Shown: piece after piece, positions 51,301-64,000 of the stretch
Layout of the letters: each line of letters begins with the position of its first letter
Numbering within the stretch: the stretch's first letter is position 1
Source: Tubiluchus corallicola
Lineage: Eukaryota; Animalia; Priapulida
Assembly (NCBI GenBank): GCA_030141605.1
Contig: JAQGDQ010000042.1
Coordinates: 682,001-746,000, forward strand
Length of the DNA stretch: 64,000 nt
Reading direction: 5' to 3'
Notes under the pieces: generated by a model
What the model was told of the DNA's origin: nothing
What the model saw: the letters and a program-made list of their open reading frames with translations, nothing else
Databases searched by the model: none
Program-made: the position numbers and the translations under genes

Positions 51301-54300
51301 TATGAAACATAGGCAACAAAATATATACAAAATAAAATTTGTTAATTTTTTGAAGCTTCACGATCATGTATCCTTGATAGTTGGGTATTTTAAATTATGC
51401 ATGAAACAAGGTAATTGATATTTTAAGTCCACTTAGAGCTCTCTATAATCACAAAATTGCAATAGGCGGTCCCCAAACCTCCCGACCTGTTTCAGAGTTT
51501 CTTGCAATTTGTCATTCTCATCCCTGATTGTGCTGTACTACTTTACACGTTACTAAAGAAAGTAGCTTGTACCAGTAGTTATATTACATCTACTACCCAC
51601 CAGTTATAAGTGTTAATCGGTTTTCAGTTATTGCAGTTATGGTAAAATTTCAGCTTTGCCTTACTTGTTTCAGAGATCCTAAGCTGGATGGGTCCAAGTA
51701 CATGCGACCAGGAGGTCCACAACGGTCGGACATGCTACCGATGAGTAGTCGATCAAGTGGTGGACCATTTGGACAGGAACCATCTCATGTTTTATACTCT
51801 GGTCATGCAGGATACCCTAGCCAAATGTTTACTGTAAATATGTACTACAGTGATAAAAGTATTAATTGAAATCGTTTCACTCAGCTGACCAAACTTGTGT
51901 GCAATTAAAACTTTTGTATTCGCTATTTAAATTTTTGTTTTATATTTTATATTGTGATACATTTCTTTGTTTTTTAAGTATTGTATGTTAATTTGTTTTT
52001 TCAGGGAGAAAGACGAGATCCAACACCAGCACGACTTCATCCAGAACCTCATGGTCCATATGGGCAAATTCACCGGCGACAACGACTATCAATTATTACT
52101 GAGCAGTACCATCATCAACATCATCCTGGAGTAGAAAGGTAGAAGAAGAAAATACGCAGTCACATTTTCATTTTTAATACATTTACTAGCTAAATTAATT
52201 TATGAAATTAAATTCATGGATAATGGGTACTATATTGCATTTTGCCGTAGGTTTGACCCGTACAGATATAGCAGCCAGTATGAGCAACCAAGTGAGAGCA
52301 GTAGTCATATATACCAAGCATCTACTCAGCCAGAACACAAACGACCACGGTTGTCTATGGACTCTCACATAGATTACTCGCAGCCCCTTCGCATAGATAC
52401 AAAAGATGTCGAAGTAAAAAAGGTTATAATTGATTTTATTTTTTTTGACCAAGATGAATCTTTCTTGTTTTTTAAATGCAGATTTATTACTTGCATCATA
52501 AAGAGACAGTGTGCAACAAGCATTTTTTGTTGTATTTTGTTTTTGACTTTGTTCTGTTGATTGTCACCAATACTCTTGCTTTTAAGTGTCAGTTGAGTAT
52601 AGAAGTAAACTAAATTGAACTATATTACAAGTGATGTATGAGCTTTCTTAGTTGTAAGTTTTCGTTTTATCCAATCATTTAAATAAGTTACAATTTTTGT
52701 GTTGATTTGACCACGGAAGCTGTAGAGTTTGCTTTTATTAAGTATTTATATTTATAAGAGCTTAAAATAATGGGAAGTCAGCAAGTGAATTTTTAGTGAT
52801 TAGAAAGTAAAACGAGATACAGATGCAAAATGATTTATGAAATGCGAATTATCAAGGACAAGTTGTTAAACAACATTTTTTATGTTTTGGAAATAATTTA
52901 CAGTAAAAGCTTTGCTTTAGTTAAAAAATTCTCTAGCAGGGAAGACTGGACATTACGTATGTTCATAAGAAAACTAGCAAACATAATGATAGATATTTAG
53001 AATGTTTTTGACATGCTTCCGTGTTTTAGGAACCAGCTTATACACCGCAAGTTGAAGCCATATCTCCCACGCCTCCGGACGATGATCGCAAGTTGCAGGA
53101 TACTTCTCCTTTAAAGGCTTCCAAGGAGGAACTTTTGCAGGCCATCAGTCGTGTCGACCAACAGATTGAAAAAGTCAATTATGAAGTTGAAAAGTTGAAG
53201 AAAAAGCAGGTACATTGTAATGTAATTTCATTATAGTGATATTGATTGCATTCCTCTATTATGAGTTTTAAACTTGAATTAACCCATAATTCGGCATGTT
53301 TGTGGCTTAGATGGGAAACGGACAGATTTTGTGTTTTTATTAGCTTCACTTGTTCTATGTTTGAATTATCTTGAGAATTTTGACCATTTGTAATGTAGAC
53401 TTTGTCTAATTTTTTTTGGGTACTTTCTACTACATCTTACTACCGGTTTATACATACGCATGTGCAACTTTGACAGTTTTACAAGCTTTTGCAGCGAGAT
53501 GAATGGCAGTTCTCGATCTCGCCGAGATTTTAGCCTTTTTAAGTCCTGGTCTCAGTTGTCAGTCTTAGTGAAAATCCGGACTTCTCCTCTATAGTGTTAT
53601 TACTAAATAATTGTTTAACAATCGTAATATCGTGGCTTTTCAGAAAAAGTAAGAGCTTCTATACGTGGATAATAAAAAAGTAAAAGTGAACTACTATACA
53701 TATCTTGATTGTGATTAATAGACATGCACTTAAACCATGGTTTTGTGCGGTTTGCGATTGTTTTGCGATGACCTAATGACCAAAGTCCTACAGTTGACAA
53801 AAAAAGCGTGCCACTGCGTTTTGCTGTCCAGGTCGAAAATCATTTGTGCAAAGTTCTAAACATTGTGAATTGGTGCTTTTTTCTCGGGCGAAAATTGTGA
53901 AAATGTCGCAAGATTTTGCGAACTTCTGGGATGCTTGTGAGACTACTCAAATATTGAGTATATTGCGACACTCACGACCATTTCTTAGAAGTTCAAAACA
54001 CACAAAATATTTGTGAATGATGCCAAAACATTGAAAAATACAATAGTCGTAAAGTCACATCACATTTTCAAAATGCCTTGTCATGTTCTTTAAGTTCCTA
54101 TGGATTGTGAAATTATGGACGAATGTCATATGAACAGTGGTGACATATTTGCCGATGTTTGGTTCATGTTCAGATAATTTTGCGAGTGTTGGGAGCTGTT
54201 TGGCAAAGTGGTGACTTTTGCAACTTCAGCGACAAACGTTAAACATTTTGAAATTTCTTGTGGGTCCAGCATTGTTTTCAGGACATGACGAACACGCGCA

Positions 54301-57300
54301 TGTTTTGCAACAAATTGGGAGTGCTTTTGGAGCATATTTAGTGACTTTGTGAAACTTCTTAGGTCGTTAAAAGAGCCGTAGTTAAGACAAGCCAGAAATA
54401 GGTAATCATGTGACTGTTGCTCATGGCTCTGTGCTAAGATGGTTGCAAATGCTGATGCAATTTTGTACAAAAAATTGTGTAATTATATCATGCAATCCAG
54501 ATTTGCAGTGTTGTACAATGTGGAGGATGTGTGCGATGTGTTCAGTTTAGTGAATAATTTTATTAAAAACTTCATTGTGTAGTTGCGCCATTTGAGGCAT
54601 TTGCTAGTAGAATGGATAAAGTTGATTAAATTAATCGCTATAAGGTTTAAGCTTTAACTTTTTCCTTTACTTATTAGTGTACTCAGTGCGGTAGCATACA
54701 CTGTCTTGAAACGTCTTTATTGGTCCAAATTTTGATTTCATAATTTCTAACCAATCAAAAAATTTGTAGACACTGATTTTACATTCATTTTTACCATCGT
54801 GTTTGTTTATGCTGGTGTTTTATCACTGGTTTTTAAAGGTACAGTGTTTTAATTTTATATGAACTTAAAAACCTCATGCTTATTCATATCAAAACAGTAT
54901 AAAAAATATAACATACTTCTGCTCAAATAAAGCTAATATTTTGTTTTTCTAGCAAACTGATGCTGAAAACTATTGCAATTTTTGAGTTTGTTTTATTTCA
55001 TTTTTCCTGTGCATTTTTTTAACAGTTTGAACAAAAAGACTATTAGCTTTAATGACAAATTTTTATAACCATTGTAAATATTCATTGTTTCTTGATAATT
55101 GTTTGCAGAATGAGTTGGAGCAAGGTAGAAGTGATGATAAACCTGTAACTCCAGAACCAGAAATCAGCGAAACAAAAAATCAGAGCATCGCTCAAATAAT
55201 ATATGCTGAAAATAGGGTATGAAAGAACTATTGATTTCTGTTTTATTCTTAATAATGTTGGCTTAAATATTTGTTGTAGTGTCCATTCTGTAGTGTACGG
55301 CATATTGTTTTTCTTGTATGAAACATTAATTGAAACTGTGCTGGTATGTTTATTGGTATTCTTTTCTTTTTAGACAGTGCTCGTTCCATAGCTTTTGTGA
55401 GAATTTTGAGATAAAGGTTCGCATTGCATTCTGTAATCATATCTTTCGTACAAATAGGAGAAAAGGGGTTTCGTTACTTACTAATCATCGTAATTAATTC
55501 TTTTGTATCATTTTAAAATTACAGAGGAAAGCAGAGGCTGCTCACAGTCTATTAGATGGACTAGGTCCTAAAATAGAACTTCCACTGTATAATCAGCCAT
55601 CAGACACTGCCGTCTATCATGAGAACAAGCGCAAGTTTCTCACCATGAAGAAAAAATTGATTCTATTCTTCAAGAAACGTCAGCAAGCAAAGAAAATTAG
55701 GGTAGCTACTTCTGTTTTTAACTAGCGGAACTAATCAGCTATGTTTACGTTCATTAAAATCAGAAATTAGTAAGTTGGTTACATCATTAGATGAAAGCGG
55801 AGTAACTATTAAGCTGAAAATAGATTATAGTGATTTTAATCTAATTTTCTTGGGACGACACAGAAATTTAACCTTGAATAGAAAGTCTCTGTTTTTAGTT
55901 TCGTTTTATATTCTGTTAAGAAAACCAGAATATGGCACAAAATAAAATAACTTTGTTAGAAGATGTATTCTGTGATTAGAAAAATATAGCTTGTTAACTC
56001 ACAAGTGTCAGCTTTAACGTTCTCCATTTCCACACCTTTTTCCAGTTATAATTTCTTTTGCAAACAATAGTTAACAGATGTTATATCCAAAGAAGATTAA
56101 ACAGCTTACACTTTTATCCCCATTCAGGAGCGTTATTTGTCAGAGCGCTATGATCAGCTGATGCAAGAATGGATGAAAAAGATTGAACGCTTGGAGAATG
56201 GAGCCAAGCGTAAAGCAAAGGATGCTAAGCTGCGAGAATACTATGAAAAACAATTTCCCGAGCTGAAGAAACAGCGCGAGGAGAAAGAAAGGTTTTATCG
56301 TGCAGGCAAGGGTGCAAATGTGCAGCAATATTATGCTCGTAGTGAAGCTGAGATGGACCAGATTATGGACTGCATTCATGAACAGGAGGCATGTATTTAT
56401 TGTGGACAGCTATGAGTGCTGCGTGCATTGTTTTGAACTGAAGAGTCTTTGTTTCAGTAATATTTCATTTTAGTACAACTTATGTCAACATTATTATTTG
56501 TGTTTAAGTGATATCAGGATTGATCTTTAAAAAAATGCATATTGGTATTAAAAGATCTGAACTTTTTGGTAAAATGTGTTACGAACAAGCACAATTGCTC
56601 TTCCGTAATAGTTTTTGTACAAGATTCTAGTAAGTTGCAATTTTGGGTTATATTATTATATTTGCAAATGACTTTTATCAGCAAGATTAAAGTTGTAATT
56701 AAATATCAATGTTATAGTAACTTGTCTTTCTTGCTGCATTCAGGAGGAGGAGAGGAAGATGCGTAATCTCTCTGTAATCCCTCCGATGATTCTCGATTCC
56801 CGGCAGCGGAGGATGAAGTTCACCAATAACAATGGACTTATTGAGGACATGAAGGTCGCATATAAAGAGAGACAGCATCTTAACATTTGGACTCCCCAGG
56901 AGAAGGCAATTTTCAAGGAAAAGTTTTTGCAGCATCCAAAGAACTTTGGAGTGATTGCACAGTACCTGGAACGCAAGGTTATCCATTCACATTATTCGGT
57001 TGTATGTCATCTCTGTTAGTTAGTGAGAGTTAAGTGCATTGTATGAAAGGATGTATTCTTGCATGATGTGTATTGTGTAAAATAGTAATTTAGATGTTAA
57101 AACTACTGCGCTTATATAGTATTATAACATGAACTTAGGTTATTCATTTGCTTAAAAATGATTAATTAATTAAAGTACTGGTGGGCGGTTACATACATTT
57201 TAATGGTTCTTGCATTGCAGAGTGTTCAAGACTGTGTGTTGTTTTACTACTTGTCAAAGAAGAACGAGAACTACAAGCGCCCCAAGCCTCGCCCTCGACA

Positions 57301-60300
57301 AGGACCCCGCAAGAAACCACCTCGTCCTGTAGAACAAGAACCACCAGTTGAGCCACTTGTACCCATTATGCCTCCACCTCCGCCAGAACAATCATTGACT
57401 CCGCCTTTGAAGCATATGGAAATGTCAGAAGTAGTAGCTCCACCTACAGGGTAAAAATTAATTTTTTTTGTTACTTGTTGCATGGATGTACTTAATTCTT
57501 TTGTGAAGAACATTATTGTAAAGATTTGTAGTTTAGACGTAATCTAATAACTGCAGTGCTTTTTTGCAGAGAAAGTTTTGTGGAGGGTTTGGAGGCGGAA
57601 GACCAAGCACTGGAAGAGAAGGCACCTGAGGGTGCTATCAGTGCTCAAATTCTGCTGGAACCACCTGAACTTCCACAGTTTCCCTCACAAATCGAGGAGC
57701 AAGCTGATGGGAATGTTGATAAAGCAGGTATTTTGTATAGAATATTATGCACATGTTGTTTTCTTATTAATAATATAGTAGGAAAACTCTGTAAAAAAAT
57801 TACGCCTTTACCTTTCAACAACCCTTACCGGCCAGCTCATACCAACCATGCCTCACCACCTACACTACACAAACCATACAATAAGACAGTCGTCTGCTGG
57901 CTAATTATGCTTAGCCTAACCATGGACTGATTACAGCAAATCTGTGCTACAATACAGTGGTCTGTTCTTTATGAAAATTTGAGATTTAAAACATCTTTAA
58001 GGCAGATAAAATTGTTTTTATAGTCTAAACTTTAATATTAGTGATCTTTTATCTATTTTAAGTCATTCATTTTAATGTGCTTATATAATTAAGTTTTAAA
58101 GTTGTTCTGTCTTCTTGTATTTTATGTATTACAAATGTTTTTATTAATTAAACTTTGACACTTAAACAGAGATTTATTGACTGAAATTTTACAAACTCAT
58201 ATTCGCTTTCTGTCTTATTTTTTATGAAGTGTTTAATAATTTGTCTGGCTTAGTACTTTTGCCTAATTGTGTTTAGTTTTTGTTTTTATTAGGATTAATT
58301 TTGCAAAGAACTTTTACCTGTTTAATTTAGTATTTTATCTAACTTTTGCTTTCAGCCTGTATCTAATTTTACAAAGTATTTTGTGATTTAGCTGTTTTTG
58401 TACTTTCGTTGGTTTTTAGTTTTGTTTAGTTTTAAAGTATTCTGTTGCTATTTTATATTTTCATTAATACTTACATGCCATAGACCATTATGGAAATATT
58501 GTGTACACAATTTAATGTGCTCCATATAAGAAATAAATTCTATTCTATTCTGTTCTACACCTTCCACACATCAGCATCAACAATACAACAAAGTTACCAA
58601 AACCAAGTAAATGTTGTAATATTTATTAGACGCATCACCTACCAAGGGTCAATAATGCATAAACATTCTATGTAGTTTTTCCTTACTGATTCTTTGATGG
58701 TAACAGGATAATAGATGCAACTTATATTGTACAATCTATAACACAGTAAAATGGCAGGTGACGACAATGCCTGGAACAGCCACTTAATTTCTGAAACAAA
58801 ATAATGGGTGTTGCAAATAACTTGCAGCACTGGGGGTTGAAAAAGAACTTGGAAAGAATACATCCTTCCCGTTTCATCTAGTGGACATTTTTGATAATGA
58901 AACCTTCACAGCTTATAGACAGTTTCCGCCTCTTTCTGTGAGTGCGCTGAATTTTTCCTAACACGCCCAAACAGTTGCACAAATCGATTTTTACTTGAGA
59001 CTGTTTATGCAGTTTTTCACAAAATTTGGTCCGAGGAGTTTGGGAAAATGGCCATTGTAGGAAGGCATAGGGCTGCCTCAAAATCTAGATAGCCCTACTT
59101 CGCTCAACGTTAAACGGAAGATGCAATCATTACAGGCACCGCTTCCGGGAAGGTTCCCCCTTTCTTAAAATAAGGAGTACAAGTTTTGTGAAAAATGGTT
59201 CTACTCGTCCCGGGTGCCTCCGTTTCGAAAAATAAATCATAAATTGGCCCACTCTACACAAATAGACGTTTCATTTGATGTACATATTGCTGAGAATGGT
59301 GCAGTTGTTAGAGCTGTAGTGCAGCATCTTATATATAAATAAGTAAATAGAATAAATATACCAAGAGAATGAACACATGCTAGAATACAGCTAGATGAGA
59401 TTTGTAATTATTTTTACCATTTGGTGTGTTACAATTTCAAGTATATTTTTTGCAAATATAGCGATGCTTGGAGTTATCCTACTATGCTTCCTACTAGTAT
59501 TACTTTTATTCTTTTGTAGCTGAAGGTGCCATTCGTAGCTGTGCTGTCTGCAAGTTGAACTTGGAGCATTTGGAGCTTAGTCGACCGCTTAACAAGTCCA
59601 CTTGTGAGCAGTATGGATTGCGCCCGGAAGACATTAGTGAGGATTCTCGAGTTTGTAGCACCTGCCGTTGCCGTTCAGTACGACGACGATATACGAAGTA
59701 AGTATAGATACAATAAACTATGTGTAACTGGAACATTTTGGGACTGGAAAATTTGTTTGAGTTATGTGAGGGTACGAGTTAGACAATGTTCGTAAGAAAA
59801 CAAGATTGAGTTGCTCTTCAACGTCGGACTATACACTGCAGCCTGTGAAAATGACAAACTAAACCTTTAACCAAAAATTAAACAACGGTTTTTATGAATA
59901 ATCAAAAATAAAATAACTGATCCATCTCTATTGTAGGCTGAGTAGCATGGTTAATAAAATTCAGTAATAAGCATTCTGCTAAGGTAATACAAGATATCTT
60001 AGGATTTTTGTAGAAACTAGCAGTTAAAATCATAATATGGTGCACACTTTCACGTAGGATTTCTCACGCAATCTGAAGTTGTTCGAGATAGGTGGATAAA
60101 TTCTTATAAATTGTACTAGGAATTCGTTTTGAGTTGTTATGCGATAATTCAAATTACGCAATGTTTGGTAAAGAGAAAACGAAAGGGAAAATTATTTCTC
60201 CTGAGACTTGTCATCTTAAATTCTTAACATGTATATTTCGTTTTGAAATCTATCATTTTGCTCTGGTTCCTATTTACTTGATTATAATGTTAGTTTGGCT

Positions 60301-63300
60301 ATTATGTTTCATTTATTGCAGGTGTCCAGTACTAAGTTGTAAGGCACCTAAGCGCAAAGTTAAGCGGTTACGCTCTTTGCCGACTAAGTGGACTGAACTC
60401 AGTCCAGATGTAAAGCAGACTATTGTTGATGAATTACGTAAGTAAGACTAGCATTTTGAGCCTCCTTTTTACAAAAATCCACCTGAAGTGGCAGCTTGTC
60501 ACTAAGAATTTGGTACTGCAAAACCAAAAAAGCGTGAATTTGTCTGTAAAACTAGAACATCTACCACGGCCGTGTATATAAATCTTATGATAAATGAATG
60601 CATGTTTTAGTAGTATCCAAATGCACTGTCACAGTGCACTATAAAAATATTCCCATTAACCTCAGTGCAAATTACAAAAGCTAAATGTTCTTGAGTTTTG
60701 TAACTTGTGAATCACAAGCGTTACTGTATACTTGTTGACAAGACATTGTTCTTTTTTATATGCTGTATGCCGTACTTTTGTTCTCAGGGTCAGTTTCTGT
60801 TGCTGGAAATTTTTGTGCCAAATATCTAGTGTTATAAAAACTTTAGTTGATGAAATGATGGCATTATATAATTTTTGAATTTTTACTTCATTTTCAGGGC
60901 TAGCTTTTCCAGTAAAAAGGAATTTTTTAATCTGAGATTTCTCATTTGGTTTATTAGAACTGACACAAATTCCTGATCTCATGATTTTCTTCCCAGAATC
61001 TTGCTTTTTAACAATAGCTGAGCTTACCATTCCGTAGGATATTCCAGAAAATATTCTAAAAGCCAGAGATCGTAAAACAAACAGATATGCTGCTTTAGTA
61101 TCAGATCTTGAAATACAAAACTTTGAAGTGTTGTTCGTTCCATTTGAGACGGCCAGTTGCAGCTTTATTTCTGCTAACAATTACAATATATTTAAAATGC
61201 TTTTCAAGCAGTGCCATTACAAAAGAAAATTATCTGAAATATGAAGAGACTTAATGAAACTTGCCATCATCTTATCATATGTAATTTTCTATTCAAAATT
61301 TTTGCCAGATTGGCAAGTTCCATCTTAATGTCAGTGCTAAACACACAAGATATGTTCAATGTAAATTTTAATACTTAAGTTTTAATTATTTTTACCATAA
61401 TTTTTTTTATATCTTTTGTCCTTTTGGTCTCGCAGAATGCTAGTGTTTGTCACGTAAGTAAAATTTGTTTAGTATAAGTTAATGGGTATTTAATGTGTGT
61501 TCATCCCTGGAGGAGAATCATCAACTGTACACTCCTACCTGTGACTTTGTGTTACTTTTAAATTTTGTTGTTTACTGTTTACTAAAAAAAATTGTACTAA
61601 CATTTGTGTACATTCTGATGTTTTGCAGAGATACCACCTGAATGTACAAAATGTTGTTCAGCTTGCTTCAATCGCATAGCTCGACGTCTGGGAAGCAGCA
61701 GTAGTACGGATAACTTAACCCCTGATTCCAGCGAACCAGGTACAAGCTTTTATATAGTTAGATGTGTAGATGTGTGTAAGTAAATGTTGTGTATACCATT
61801 GAGTAACCCTTGGTTCATTCATCTTAGAACTATATATATAGGCCTATAGTTTTTTCTTAAGTGCTTAATTATGATTTTTTTTATTTACTTGTATCTAATA
61901 AATGTAAATTTAATTTAAAAATGTGTTTACATTTCCTCATTTTTCATCTTTTAGCCAGGAAATGGTGTACAACATATTAAAGGCCCGTATGTTTTCGTTT
62001 TTTATTTTCTCTAATTTTTTTCTAGCTTAAATTTGATTTCGTGTCAAAAGTTATTGCAATTTGTTACCTTTGTGAATTGTTGGCTAGTAGCTTTCTTCTA
62101 GTATAGAACCTAAAACATTTTTCAACATATTTAAACAAATAATCGATATAGTATTTGATACCTTTCCAGATGCATTTGAGTCGGCAAGGTGGACAGATGA
62201 AGAAATAGAATTAGCAAAGAAAGGTATGATATTATTACTAGTGTAGTGATGACAATAGCAATTCATATTAACATAAGTACTATCTTTCTTAGATTGCATA
62301 ACGGCTAAGACAACATGTACTTGGTCTTATAAAAAGTTATATGTCAGCATTAATGGTGACTTACCAGCTATGTATATCATTGCACACATAATGCTGATGC
62401 TGGAATGGAACTGGTCTGTATATGCATAATGAAAAAGTTTTACTGTTCCATTTCTGTTTCTTGTTACAACTATGATATACATTTACCTAGAGCTTTTATT
62501 ATGCCCACACAAACAAGTGAATGATTTTACTGTAAAAATCATTGCCATAAATTCTCTTTATTTTAAAAGAAATTGCTATAGTCTCTGCTTTGTCTCAGTG
62601 ATGTAAATATTGTTATGCATCTATATATAATTATGTTATATGAAACACATCTATTTCTGTTTCAAACATGTATTTTGAAACATTATTTTGTATTTTTTTG
62701 TCATTTATTTTGAAAACTAAAATAAATTAAAAGTCTGATATGTGTATTTGTGCAACACAAGAAACAGAAATAGATGTGTTTCACAGAGGTCTACTCAGAA
62801 TAGTCTTAAAAATAAAATGGCCATGTATCATTTTAAATGAGCAGCTGTATAACAGAACGAAAAAGGAAATGGAGCACTAAAATTAGAATTAGAAGAATGT
62901 GTACATTTTATTGATGTATGCAAATTTTACATACTTTTATTTTCTTTATATTTTAGGCTTGGCAGATTTTGGTCGTAACTGGACAGCACTTGCAGATGTT
63001 GTGAAAACCAAGACGGGCAGACAGTGCAAGTATTTCTATACAAACTATAAGAAGAAATTTGGCCTGGACTCAATTGTTTTAGAGCGTAAAAAACGGAAGG
63101 TACTGTAGTGCTTTGTGTAATTATTATGCTATTCTGGATTATTTTGTAGTGGCAAAATTCCTGCAGTTGTACTAATTTAATGCAGTGTAGGCTCACTGTT
63201 TTCTATTTATTGATCTAATGCCATAATGTTTTGTGTGGTAGTTATGTTGATTATTCTTAATTTATAGTAAATAAGGTTGATTAGTAATTTGAAGTGAAAT

Positions 63301-63534
63301 GTTTATTGGCTGCGCCATATATGGCTTTTTTACCATTACAGTCTTTTTTTAAGGCTCAGGAATTGCACAACAGGACACAATCTGGAGCGGAGAATGTTAC
63401 CGCTGCTTCTGATGATGATGACGACAATGATGATGTCGAGGATATTGATAGCAGTGAAGAGGATAATGGTGCTGATGATGACAACACCACAGATACCGCT
63501 AGTGTTCCCAGTCCTTCTTATCAGAAGTCAAAGG
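48340..63534 (+). CDS. NCOR1: Nuclear receptor corepressor (NCoR/SMRT family), 5' part; continues beyond the window
   Basis: Phase-consistent exons: 48340-48368 (less certain), 51674-51833, 52005-52138, 52251-52422, 53030-53209, 55109-55216, 55525-55701, 56128-56388, 56744-56977, 57221-57450, 57570-57727, 59520-59697, 60322-60437, 61629-61739, 62170-62223, 62957-63099, 63354-63534. Motifs: GPS2-binding coiled coil (SKEELLQAISRVDQQI), IIYAENRRKAEAAH, ELPLYNQPSDT, DAD/SANT1 ([51 protein letters not shown]) and SANT2 ([21 protein letters not shown]). Probably co-orthologous to NCOR1 and NCOR2. Confidence 0.94.
50901..51526. mobile_element. hAT-type MITE in NCoR intron 1
   Basis: TIRs GGGATGAGAAT and ATTCTCATCCCTG. 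Flanks AATGTGCT and ATTGTGCT form an 8-bp TSD with one mismatch. CG-rich subterminal motifs are present. Confidence 0.65.
60560..61570 (+). mobile_element. Remnant of a restriction-like-endonuclease (RLE) non-LTR retrotransposon (HERO/NeSL/R2-group-like)
   Basis: The plus frame from 60972 reads PDLMIFFPESCFLTIAELTIP*DIPENILKARDRKTNRYAALVSDL..FVPFETASCSF, matching the PD..E..RK..Y RLE signature with an in-frame stop at 61035. Boundaries are approximate. Confidence 0.7.
62438..62882. repeat. Fold-back element with nested inverted repeats in the intron splitting SANT2
   Basis: Perfect 23-bp inverted repeat TGAAACACATCTATTTCTGTTTC (62641-62663) and GAAACAGAAATAGATGTGTTTCA (62761-62783). Outer diverged arms at 62438-62470 and 62847-62882 are related in sequence. 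Confidence 0.75.
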
Positions 63535-64000
63535 GTAATAGGTCTAAGAATAGCCCTTTATACTTATCCAATTTCCAATATACTTCTGGAATACATATGG
63601 TAAATTTCTTGGGATTTGTGTAAAGTTCATAATGAGTACTGTATTTTGCAGTAGTGTAGGATGGTGCTTCCAAAACATTTTTTCGAACTGGATATTAATA
63701 AAGGTGGCCGATAATTGATTAAAAATTTTTACAGCGACTTTTCACTGCAACCATAACCCTTGATAGACCACCGTTTAAGAGAGGATGAACGATGAGGAAA
63801 AATACCACTCGTAAAATTTCCAATTGATTCTTGGTCAGTAATTGATCAGCTGGAAAAATGGCCACAAAAAATATATCGGACTATTTGTTGTGACGTTAGT
63901 CAGTTCACACTGGATGAATTTGGGCATAGTGAGCATTTCTCGAATCCCTAGAAATGGTCCATAGTGGCAAACACTGCTATTAATTGTATATTAATCTAAT

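Noticed and set aside
60662-61180. 172-aa minus-strand ORF as a nested gene
   Set aside because: It is the antisense shadow of the retrotransposon endonuclease remnant on the plus strand and has no recognisable motif of its own.
11437-63534. U12-type introns or intronic snoRNAs
   Set aside because: No donor matches RTATCCTT. I could not identify a convincing C/D or H/ACA box pair with terminal stems by eye; an Infernal/Rfam scan would be needed.

Overview
AT-rich, intron-rich eukaryotic DNA from an invertebrate animal; the taxon is inferred only and is possibly lophotrochozoan. I assembled five spliced protein-coding genes by hand with consistent reading phase. They are the 3' part of an SR-cyclophilin (PPIG, +), complete beta-COP (COPB1, +, 23 coding exons, ~958 aa), complete DRC2/CCDC65 (-, 12 coding exons, ~496 aa), complete KCTD10/BACURD (+, 6 exons, ~290 aa) and the 5' part of an NCoR/SMRT corepressor (+). 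Introns and spacers carry decayed LINEs (CR1/L2-, RTE-X- and RLE/HERO-like), hAT- and Tc1/mariner-type MITEs, a tRNA-derived SINE, a 26-bp minisatellite and microsatellites. I found no CRISPR array and no clearly new multi-gene system. The best leads are a tandem Cys4 zinc-finger module (second unit THAP-like) between the two NCoR SANT domains, inverted repeats bracketing two COPB1 exons, splice-level switches in PPIG/COPB1/NCoR, and RFX/forkhead motifs at DRC2.
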